Of a stretch of DNA of 32,000 nucleotides, positions 17,677-25,450 are shown one piece after another; position 1 is the first letter of the stretch; each line of letters opens with the position of its first letter. The translations under genes and the position numbers were made by a program. The DNA lies in assembly GCA_965224465.1 (NCBI GenBank), contig OZ245049.1, positions 1,380,001 through 1,412,000 on the forward strand. Direction: 5' to 3'. Source of the DNA: Flavobacteriaceae bacterium (GTDB lineage Bacteria; Bacteroidota; Bacteroidia; Flavobacteriales; Flavobacteriaceae). Below the pieces are notes generated by a model, which did no database searches, was not told where the DNA came from, and saw only the letters and a program-made list of their open reading frames with translations.

Positions 17677-17715
17677 TGATTTATTCAAATCCCTGAAAAA
17701 ACAGTACCTTTAAAA

Positions 17716-18272
17716 ATGAGTCGTAATTATAAATTTCACAATCCAGAAGGTTTCTATTTTGTAAGTTTTGCTGTAGTGAATTGATTAGATGTATTTACAA
17801 GGAATAGTTACAAGGATATTATTGTTGACAGCTTAGCGTATTATCAAGAAAGGGATGGAAAATATTACATGGTGTATTATGACAAACCATGTGCACTTAA
17901 TATTTAGAAGCGTCAAAGATTACAAACCTGAATTATTATTAGGGGATTTTAAAATATTTACAAGTAAAGCAATCGTTAAGGCTATTACAGAGAACCCTAA
18001 GGAAAGTAGAAAATAATTTCTGATAGAGCAGCTTAAAAAGGCAGCTCAAAAGGCATCAAATGTAAAATATCACCAATTTTGGAGGCATGATAACAAGCCA
18101 ATAGAGTTATGGAGTACTAAGGTGATCGCAGAAAAGATAAATTATATTCACGAAAACCCAGTAGATGCTGGATTAGTTTTTAAAACAGAGGAGTATGTGT
18201 ATTAGTGCAATTGACTATGCAGGAGAAATAGGGTTGGTGGGAAATATAATAATTTTCAGAGATTTAAGTTAG
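17716..18272 (+). pseudogene. REP-associated tyrosine transposase (RAYT, IS200-like Y1) pseudogene
   Basis: MSRNYKFHNPEGFYFVSFAVVN-stop(TGA)-LDVFTRN..., then frameshifts and several stops. Recognisable segments are HVHLIFRS (the HUH region), FTSKAIVKAITENPKESRK, QFWRHDNKPIELWS, INYIHENPVDAGLVFKTEEYVY and AIDYAGEIGLVGNIIIFR. Confidence 0.8.
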
Positions 18273-18274
18273 TT

Positions 18275-18385
18275 TTATCACACGATAGCTATGGAAGTTG
18301 CGTATTGTTGTAATGGGTGAAAAAAGTTATTATTAAGTGTTGTTAAGCTGCTACGGTCACACGATACAATCGTGAGAGAGCGGGG
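18275..18385 (-). repeat. Diverged REP-like unit(s) in inverted orientation, 3' of the RAYT pseudogene
   Basis: The reverse complement of 18341-18385 is CCCCGCTCTCTCACGATTGTATCGTGTGACCGTAGCAGCTTAACA. It has a CCCCGC head, a CACGAT-TGT-ATCGTG hairpin and a CTTAACA tail. TCACACGATA recurs at 18279 and 18357. Confidence 0.4.
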
Positions 18386-18437
18386 TAAAATAATTATATT
18401 GAAAAAACAGTTACCTTTGTAACTATATAACAGTATT

Positions 18438-18677
18438 ATGGATGTTCAATTAGAAAAATATAAGTTGATGGAATGGCTGATGAATCTTAAAGATGAATCT
18501 GTTATCTCTAAACTAAAGACTATTAAAAGTAGTTTTCCCGTATCTTCTGACTGGGCAGATGATATTTCCGATACGGAAAAATCATTGATTAACGCTGGAC
18601 TAAAAGATGTTGAACAAGGGAACACATTTACCCATGAGCAAGTAATGAAAGAAATTAACGAAGTTTACGGTATTTAG
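18438..18677 (+). CDS. Small antitoxin-like protein of a RelE/ParE-type pair
   Basis: 79 aa, acidic, ending 3 nt before the toxin-like ORF. The assignment rests on context and size only. Confidence 0.5.
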   Translation: MDVQLEKYKLMEWLMNLKDESVISKLKTIKSSFPVSSDWADDISDTEKSLINAGLKDVEQGNTFTHEQVMKEINEVYGI

Positions 18678-18680
18678 TGA

Positions 18681-18978
18681 ATGGAAATAGTTTGGGCGAA
18701 ACTAGCAAAGGTTACTTATATAGAAGTTCTTGAGAATCTCAAAAAGAGATGGACGAAAAAAGAATTGAAGAATTTTAAAGACCAAGCCAACCAGTTGTTG
18801 GAGAAAGTTAAGAATGAACAAGTTACTTATCTATATGCAAATGAAAAGTTAGGCGTTCGAAAGGGAGTAGTACATAAAAACGTTTCCCTATTTTATAAAG
18901 AATAATAAAACTTACTTGATTGCATTTTTCAACAACAGGATGAATCCTGAGACATTAAAAGAGTTATTGAATAAGTAA
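18681..18978 (+). pseudogene. RelE/ParE-family toxin gene interrupted by a frameshift and double stop
   Basis: The frame reads MEIVWAKLAKVTYIEVLENLKKRWTKKELKNFKDQANQLLEKVKNEQ...GVVHKNVSLFYKE-TAA-TAA. The +1 frame from 18901 then continues NNKTYLIAFFNNRMNPETLKELLNK-stop. That is the expected C-terminal strand of this toxin family. Confidence 0.6.
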
Positions 18979-18990
18979 AATTGAAGACAC

Positions 18991-19029
18991 AAAAAACAGC
19001 GGTGTAGATACATCGCTGTTTTTTGTTTT
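18991..19029 (+). terminator. Intrinsic terminator after the TA pair
   Basis: AAAAAACAGCG-GTGTAGATACAT-CGCTGTTTTTTGTTTT. It has a 6-bp GC-containing stem extended by A/T pairing, followed by a T-run. Confidence 0.6.
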
Positions 19030-19136
19030 AAAACATTAGGTCGCCTCATTACAAATATTTAGCTTTGAAAGAGTAAGAAATATTCTTTGGAATAGGTGGT
19101 CTTTAGAGTAAGCTACTGCTAATAAAAGTGTAAAAG

Positions 19137-19204
19137 CCCCGATCCCGCACGAATAACCGCCATCGCTACCACGATTTTATAGTGTGGCGTCAACGTTAAG
19201 CCAT
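19137..19204 (+). repeat. REP-like element, copy c
   Basis: CCCCGATCCCGCACGAATAACCGCCATCGCTACCACGATTTTATAGTGTGGCGTCAACGTTAAGCCA, followed by the same 38-bp leader as copy b. Confidence 0.8.
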
Positions 19205-19242
19205 GATTTATTCAAATCCCTGAAAAAACAGTACCTTTAAAA

Positions 19243-19455
19243 ATGAATCGTAATTATAAATTTCACAATCCAGAAGGTTTCTATTTTGTAAGCTTTGCTG
19301 TTGTGAACTAGTTGGATGTATTTACAAGGAATAGCTACAAGGATATTATTGTTGACAGCTTAGCGTATTGTCAAGAAAAGAAAGGGATGGAAATTATTGC
19401 ATGGTGTATTATGACAAATCATATGCACTTAATATTTAGAAGCGTCAAAGATTAC
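19243..19455 (+). pseudogene. RAYT 5' fragment (second copy), truncated
   Basis: MNRNYKFHNPEGFYFVSFAVVN-stop(TAG)-LDVFTRNSYKDIIVDSLAYCQEKKGMEIIAWCIMTNHMHLIFRSVKDY. Similarity to the 17716 copy ends abruptly at 19455. Confidence 0.8.
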
Positions 19456-19489
19456 TGAAAGGTTTTAAAATAAAAAACGTAATAAACGA

Positions 19490-20710
19490 ATGAGAAAATT
19501 TAGTAAAAACGCCATTATCATAGTGGGTAATGGATTTGATTTAGCACATGGAATGCCAACTAGTTATAACGATTTCGCAAAGCATTATTTAGAAACGATA
19601 ATATCACAGTTTATAACCTTTTTTGATAGAGATAATACTGTTATTGGTAAAGTTTTATGGAAAGACAATAGTGTATTCAATGCGGCAACAAATAACTTTT
19701 TGAAAATTAAAATCTCGGAATTTGATAAAAATGAATCAAAACAAATTGAATCAAGTAATAATAATTACGGTAAGTTTAAAAACAATTTGCTTGAACTGCT
19801 ATTAAATGACCCAAATCAAATCGATTTAGATAAGAGTATTAGATCCTTTCTTTCTGAAAATATAAATTTTGTTGGAAAAATGCTCTCCAATACTTTTTTA
19901 GGTAAACTCTTCGCTAACGAATATGATAATTGGTTTGACATAGAACGTGCGTATTTTGAAGAATTAAAAACATTTTCTGATGTCAAAAGCGTTGCAGGTG
20001 TAAAACAGTTAAACGGTTATTTTAATGAAATCAAAAATAAATTAAAGATATATCTAAATCAAATTGATATAAAATTTAATGGAGAAGTAGCTAGTTTTAT
20101 TAAGAATTCCTTTACAAATAAAAACAACATTCAAATTGTTGATTTTAATTATACTTATACAATAGATCGATATATAAATAGATTTAATCGTGTCAATAAT
20201 ATATCTATTAATCAAATACATGGTGATTTAAATTCTGAAATTATATTTGGCTATGGAGACGATACTAGTGTAGAATATCAAAATATAAAAAACTTAGATA
20301 ACGACGAGTATCTTGAAAATTTTAAGACATATGCTTATTTAATGAATAGAGAGTATACAGACTTACTAAATATTATTGAAGACTACAATGACTATGAAGT
20401 GTATGTATTCAGACATTCTCTAGGGAGAACGGATAAAACTTTATTAAAAGAAATTTTTGACAATAAAAAATGTTTAAATATTCATTTTTTCAAAAGATCC
20501 GACCTAGATGAGAAACAAAAAAAAACAGCCTTCAGTGCTTTAACTAAAAATCTGTCCAGAATCCTTGATGATGAAAGTAGTCTACGGAAGAAAACTCTTA
20601 GTTATCCAGAAAGTCTTAGCTTTCCTAAAAATGAAATAGAAGATATGAAAAAATATAACATTGAACTATATGGAGAGAACTTTGGAATAAAAACATCTCA
20701 AATAAATTAA
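19490..20710 (+). CDS. AbiH-like abortive-infection family protein
   Basis: 406 aa. The N-terminal IIIVGNGFDLAHGMPTSYNDFAKHYL, the mid-protein VDFNYTYT...INQIHGDL and VYVFRHSLGRTDKTLLKEIF match the motif order I associate with AbiH (PF14253). This is recalled, not searched. Confidence 0.65.
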   Translation: MRKFSKNAIIIVGNGFDLAHGMPTSYNDFAKHYLETIISQFITFFDRDNTVIGKVLWKDNSVFNAATNNFLKIKISEFDKNESKQIESSNNNYGKFKNNLLELLLNDPNQIDLDKSIRSFLSENINFVGKMLSNTFLGKLFANEYDNWFDIERAYFEELKTFSDVKSVAGVKQLNGYFNEIKNKLKIYLNQIDIKFNGEVASFIKNSFTNKNNIQIVDFNYTYTIDRYINRFNRVNNISINQIHGDLNSEIIFGYGDDTSVEYQNIKNLDNDEYLENFKTYAYLMNREYTDLLNIIEDYNDYEVYVFRHSLGRTDKTLLKEIFDNKKCLNIHFFKRSDLDEKQKKTAFSALTKNLSRILDDESSLRKKTLSYPESLSFPKNEIEDMKKYNIELYGENFGIKTSQIN

Positions 20711-20769
20711 CGGTTAACCATCAAAGAATTATAGCCGCAAATAACAGTCTCATTCAGTTAACTTTTCTC

Positions 20770-21026
20770 CTCGCTCACGAACGAATCCTTTGTTGCCCCC
20801 CACTCTTCGATAATTCAACAATTAAAACAGCAAAATCCGACCGCTCGGGTATACCCCCGCTAGCGCACAATTTTATCGTGTGTCGATAACAAATAAGCCA
20901 GATAGCCAAAAAGTATAATATTTGAATATGTTTTGTAGAGCAATTAAAATTACTAAACCCCACACGAATAACCGCAACACTACTGGTACAAAAATTCCGT
21001 ATAGCATCTACGTTAAGTCAGACAGC
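20770..21026 (+). repeat. Array of two to three diverged REP-like units
   Basis: 20838-20905 reads CCGACCGCTCGGGTATACCCCCGCTAGCGCACAATTTTATCGTGTGTCGATAACAAATAAGCCA. 20957-21026 reads CCCCACACGAATAACCGCAACACTACTGGTACAAAAATTCCGTATAGCATCTACGTTAAGTCA. A weaker unit lies at about 20770-20835. Confidence 0.6.
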
Positions 21027-21279
21027 CAAGCTAACAATAATTTAATTGAAAGTTTTTTGATATGCGCACCTATGCCACTAATCCTCTATAATTATTACTA
21101 TGCAATGCCTCTGTAGGTTGAATAAAAAAAAGCATCATCACAATAACTATTCTATTATACTTGCAATCATAGATTTATCTATAGTTCCACAACATCCTTT
21201 CTCTTCCGTAAAAATTAGCGTATTCTTAACAGTCATCCTAATTAATTAAAGTATTTTTGACACCAAAAAAAGAGGTAAC

Positions 21280-23895
21280 ATGAAAAAGGGCTTAAAGATT
21301 TTTGCGATATTTTTTTTATTCATCGTACTAGCTGCAATCGCTGCACCTATATTATTTAAAGACAAATTTACTGAAATCGCTAAAAAACAGTTAAATGACA
21401 CACTAAATGCAAGGGTGGATTTTTCGAATGTAAATATCAGCTTCTTTAAAAACTTCCCAAAAGCAAGTATTATTTTAGAAGACATCAGTGTTATAAACCT
21501 TGCTCCTTTTAAAGGAGACACATTGTTTTATGCTAAAGAAGTCGCTTTAAAAATACCTCTAAGCGGATTGTTTAAAGCAGCAGATGAAAAAATAGAAATT
21601 AATTCGTTTGACATCTCAGAGGCATTGATAAACATCATTACCAATAAAGATGGTGTAGTCAATTACGACATCACAAAAGAGAGTGACCCTACAACGACCA
21701 CTACTGACACTACAGAAAGTTCTAATTTTCAATTTGTCATAGATAGCTATGGTCTCAATAATACACGCATTAATTATATTGATAAAAGCAGTAACTTAAT
21801 CGTACATATCCAACAATTAAACCACAAAGGATCAGGGAACTTATCAGACAAATTGATTACACTTGTCACCCAAACAAAGGCCTTAGTATCTATAAGTATG
21901 GAGGGTATCCCCTATCTAAACAAGCAACAATTAGGCTTGGATGCTACCTTTGATATAGACCAAACAGCACAAAAATACACGTTTTTAGAAAACACATTCT
22001 CCATCAATCAATTGCAATTAAAATTTGATGGTTTTGTACAACAACATAAAAACGGAAGCGAATTTGATTTAAAATTCAATACACTGAGTTCTAGTTTTAA
22101 AAACTTCATTGCTCTTTTACCTGCTCCATACACCAAAAACATCGCAGCTATAAAAACGGAAGGTAGTTTTACAATTAATGGTTTTGCAAAAGGAATGTTA
22201 ACAGATAAAACAATCCCTAAATTTGACATTCAAATACTATCAAAAAACGCTTCATTTAAATACCCTGACTTAGCAAAAAAAGTAAAGAACATACAATTGG
22301 ATGCGCGTATTGCAAACACCACAGGCTTTGAAAAAGACACCTATTTAGACATTCAAAAACTATCTTTACAAATAGATCAAGATGTGTTTCATGGAAAAGC
22401 GGCAATTAGAAATCTTACTACAAATCCACTTGTAAGCGCCTCTTTAGACGGCACCTTAAATTTAGCAAACATCACAAAGGCTTACCCTATACAACTAGAA
22501 AACGAGTTAAAAGGGATTGTAACCGCTAATTTAACCACACATTTTAGTCAAAGTGCAATCGAAAACAACAGGTATGAACAGGTAAAGAACAATGGTAATT
22601 TCAGTATTTCTGATTTTGAATTTTCTTCCAAAGACATTGCAAACCCAATCGCTATTTCTAAGGCAGACATCACTTTTAATCCAAGAACTATCACCTTAGA
22701 AAAATTCAATGCTACTAGTGGTAAAAGTGACATCCAAGCTACTGGAACTATTAAAAATCTATTTGGTTTTTTATTCAGTGACAAAAAACTAAAAGGAAAT
22801 TTCAACGTCAATTCTACCTTGTTTAAGGTCAGTGATTTTATGACGGACACTACCAGTGAAACTGAAAACGCACAAAAAGAATCTCCCCAAGGAGAAGCGC
22901 TAAAGATCCCCGATTTTTTAGATGTTAAAATTCATGCAAATGCAAAAACAGTCTTGTACGACAATCTTGTTTTAAAAGATGTAAAAGGAGATTTAGTCAT
23001 CAAAAACGAAACCGTTAGTTTACAAAACTTAAACACCAAAACATTTGACGGTACTATGATCGTCAACGGAACTGTATCAACAAAAACTACGCCATCTACT
23101 TTTAATTTAGACTTGGGAATTGATAAATTTGACATAGGGAAATCTTTCAAAGCAATGGATATGTTAAGTAGTATTGCTCCAATTGCTGACTTGATGCACG
23201 GGAAATTCAATACCCATCTAAAATTAAAAGGAACGTTAGACAATGAATTTTCTCCAAATTTAACAACGCTTAATGGAAATGCGTTGGCAGAAGTTTTAAC
23301 TACAAAAATCACTCCTAAAGAAGGTGCTGCATTCAAGCTCTTAAACGACAAACTTCCTTTTATAAACTTAGACAAGTTAAACTTAGATCACTTAAAAACC
23401 ATCTTGACTTTTAAAGATGGTGCCGTAAAAGTTACACCTTTCACTGTTTCCTTTCAAGACATAAAAATCAATATTTCTGGAGGTCATGGTTTTGACAATA
23501 CTTTAGGGTACACAGCTACTTTTGATGTACCTGCCAAGTATTTCGGAAGTGAAGCAAGCGGTCTATTATCAAAATTAAAAGAAGAAGACATTAAAAACAT
23601 CACCGTTCCTGTAATTGCAAGCATAGGTGGATCGTTTACAAAACCTATCGTAAAAATCGATTTAAAACAGTCTGTTGCCAACCTCACCAAACAATTAATT
23701 CAAGTACAGAAAAACAAGCTACTGAACAAAGGCACTAGTGCTTTAACTGAATTGTTAGACAATGTCTTAAAAGGAAACAAAACAAAGGAAACAGATACTA
23801 CCAAAAACACAACTAAAACTACAAAAGACGCTGTAAAAGATGTAGCAAAAAACATTTTAGGTGGACTGTTTGGAGGAAAAAAGAAGAAAGAATAA
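21280..23895 (+). CDS. AsmA-family outer-membrane assembly protein
   Basis: 871 aa with an N-terminal signal-anchor (MKKGLKIFAIFFLFIVLAAIAAPILF), a long beta-rich Asn/Thr/Lys-rich body and a basic C-terminus. This architecture is typical of Bacteroidota AsmA-like proteins. Confidence 0.7.
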   Translation: MKKGLKIFAIFFLFIVLAAIAAPILFKDKFTEIAKKQLNDTLNARVDFSNVNISFFKNFPKASIILEDISVINLAPFKGDTLFYAKEVALKIPLSGLFKAADEKIEINSFDISEALINIITNKDGVVNYDITKESDPTTTTTDTTESSNFQFVIDSYGLNNTRINYIDKSSNLIVHIQQLNHKGSGNLSDKLITLVTQTKALVSISMEGIPYLNKQQLGLDATFDIDQTAQKYTFLENTFSINQLQLKFDGFVQQHKNGSEFDLKFNTLSSSFKNFIALLPAPYTKNIAAIKTEGSFTINGFAKGMLTDKTIPKFDIQILSKNASFKYPDLAKKVKNIQLDARIANTTGFEKDTYLDIQKLSLQIDQDVFHGKAAIRNLTTNPLVSASLDGTLNLANITKAYPIQLENELKGIVTANLTTHFSQSAIENNRYEQVKNNGNFSISDFEFSSKDIANPIAISKADITFNPRTITLEKFNATSGKSDIQATGTIKNLFGFLFSDKKLKGNFNVNSTLFKVSDFMTDTTSETENAQKESPQGEALKIPDFLDVKIHANAKTVLYDNLVLKDVKGDLVIKNETVSLQNLNTKTFDGTMIVNGTVSTKTTPSTFNLDLGIDKFDIGKSFKAMDMLSSIAPIADLMHGKFNTHLKLKGTLDNEFSPNLTTLNGNALAEVLTTKITPKEGAAFKLLNDKLPFINLDKLNLDHLKTILTFKDGAVKVTPFTVSFQDIKINISGGHGFDNTLGYTATFDVPAKYFGSEASGLLSKLKEEDIKNITVPVIASIGGSFTKPIVKIDLKQSVANLTKQLIQVQKNKLLNKGTSALTELLDNVLKGNKTKETDTTKNTTKTTKDAVKDVAKNILGGLFGGKKKKE

Positions 23896-23987
23896 CTTTA
23901 ATTTGAAGAGAAACATAGGATTATTTGACAAAGGAATAGGACAGACTTAAATCTAAGTAACTAGAACCTTTTGTCTACGTCCCCTAC

Positions 23988-24016
23988 TCCTGCGCACCTA
24001 TTTTACGCAGGATTTC
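23988..24016 (+). terminator. Candidate terminator after the asmA-like gene
   Basis: TCCTGCG-CACCTATTTTA-CGCAGGA followed by TTTCT. The stem is 7 bp, but the loop is long and the T-tail short. Confidence 0.35.
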
Positions 24017-24032
24017 TACCTTAGCTAGAATA

Positions 24033-24183
24033 ATACCAATTACAATCCAAAATAACAGATATAAATAGTTTATTTCATGTACTAGCGTTGTTGAAAAACA
24101 GAACGATAGCAAAGGCTATCCTTTCATTTTCCGCCTAGCTAGAACAAAAAATAATTCTATTTCTAAACCGTTACTTGGAAATG
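24033..24183 (+). repeat. Modular element, long form (R5a), left 151 bp, interrupted by IS30 copy B
   Basis: ATACCAATTACAATCCAAAATAACAGATATAAATAGTTTATTTCATGTACTAGCGTTGTTGAAAAACAGAACGATAGCAAAGGCTATCC...CGCCTAGCTAGAACAAAAAATAATTCTATTTCTAAACCGTTACTTGGAAATG. Confidence 0.85.
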
Positions 24184-25308
24184 GCTGAATTCAAGTCACA
24201 AACGCAACTTTTAGTTAAATAATAATTGTTCCATTACAAATATAGGGTTTTGATATTTATGTCTCTTCCTAGGTCTGTTATTTAATTTTGTTTCTACCTC
24301 TTTGATTCTTTGATCTGTTAGGTTTGTAAAGTCACTTCCTTTGGCAAAATATTGTCTAATCAAACCATTTAAATTTTCGTTAGATCCTCTTTCCCAAGAG
24401 TGATATGGATGCGCAAAAAAGTAATCAATACATAAATTTTCTGCAACCTGCTCATGGCCTGCAAATTCTTTTCCATTATCAGCTGTTATAGTATGTAGAT
24501 AAGGCTTCCAGTCTTCTAATATTTCATTGATAGCTTTAGTGACAACAACTGCTTCTTTAGAGCTTACTTTTTTCATTTTAAGCATTCCAGAAGCTCTATC
24601 ATTTACGGTAAGTATGGCTTGATTATGGTTTTTACCTATGATTAAATCGACCTCTAAATCTCCAAATCGATTTCTTTGTTCAACAACTTCAGGGCGTTGT
24701 TCTATACTAATACGATTCTTTATAACCCCTCTAGAATCCTTTGATGAGCCACGTTTTCTATATCTCCTTCCCTGTCTGCGAAGGTGTGTATGTAAATCAC
24801 CATCATTCCTCTTGTCTTCCCTAATATGCTGATATATACGCTCAATAGACACCGTTTCTTTACCTTGTTTTTTTAGGACACCAACTACTTGCTCAGGACT
24901 ATAATCGTCTCGCAATAACAACTCTATTGCTTGTTGAATATCTTCTGTAAAGCGTTTTCTTTTAGGCTTTTCTTTATGACGTTTAGCATACTTTTTTTGG
25001 GCTAATTCATGCTTGTAAACTCCATTTCTTTTGTCTGAATTACGCTTAATCTCTTTGCTAATAACAGACTTGTCTTTTCCTATAGCAGCTGCTATCTCAA
25101 CCTGTTTATAACCTTGTTTTAACATGCAACAAATTGTGTATCTTTGCGCTTGGGTGATGTGTTTCATACAACTTCTTTTTTCGAGATTTGAGACCGTAAG
25201 ATACATATCCATCAAGACAAGAAAGGTAGGTTTTCCTACTTTTCTGTTTTGAAAATATAACCATCATAGAATCAAATCGAAAAGTTGCGTTTATTAGTTG
25301 AATTTAAG
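24184..25308 (-). mobile_element. IS30-family insertion sequence (variant 2), copy B, 1125 bp
   Basis: Identical to copy A by eye. It is flanked by ATG at 24181-24183 and 25309-25311. Removing the IS and one ATG restores ...CTTGGAAATGCATTTGGTAT, an intact right arm of the modular element. Confidence 0.9.
24211..25167 (-). CDS. IS30-family transposase
   Basis: The translation is identical to the 16017 copy. The open frame extends to 25215. Confidence 0.9.
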   Translation of the reverse strand: MKHITQAQRYTICCMLKQGYKQVEIAAAIGKDKSVISKEIKRNSDKRNGVYKHELAQKKYAKRHKEKPKRKRFTEDIQQAIELLLRDDYSPEQVVGVLKKQGKETVSIERIYQHIREDKRNDGDLHTHLRRQGRRYRKRGSSKDSRGVIKNRISIEQRPEVVEQRNRFGDLEVDLIIGKNHNQAILTVNDRASGMLKMKKVSSKEAVVVTKAINEILEDWKPYLHTITADNGKEFAGHEQVAENLCIDYFFAHPYHSWERGSNENLNGLIRQYFAKGSDFTNLTDQRIKEVETKLNNRPRKRHKYQNPIFVMEQLLFN

Positions 25309-25396
25309 ATGCATTTGGTATAATACCAATTACAATCCAAAATAACAGATATAAATAGTTTATTTTTTAACCATCACTTAGAAATGTATTTGGTAT
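25309..25396 (+). repeat. Right tip of R5a (25309-25321) followed directly by a short-form unit R5b (25322-25396)
   Basis: ATGCATTTGGTAT, then AATACCAATTACAATCCAAAATAACAGATATAAATAGTTTATTTTTTAACCATCACTTAGAAATGTATTTGGTAT. Confidence 0.85.
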
Positions 25397-25450
25397 AACA
25401 TCACTATGGGATACTTGCCTTGTTTTCTATCACAACACTCTAACAAGACA

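Noticed and set aside
22008-23690. Minus-strand ORFs of 68-147 aa inside the asmA-like gene (22008-22229, 22548-22850, 22932-23375, 23484-23690).
   Set aside because: They lie entirely antisense to a long, well-supported CDS. Their composition is low-complexity and driven by the AT-rich sense strand. No independent start or context signals were seen.
17115-24183. The segment between the two IS30 copies, considered as a bona fide composite transposon carrying AbiH.
   Set aside because: The segment includes an 871-aa AsmA-family gene that looks like a core gene. Copy A has no target duplication, and the outer flanks show no shared duplication. Independent insertions plus rearrangement is the more economical explanation.
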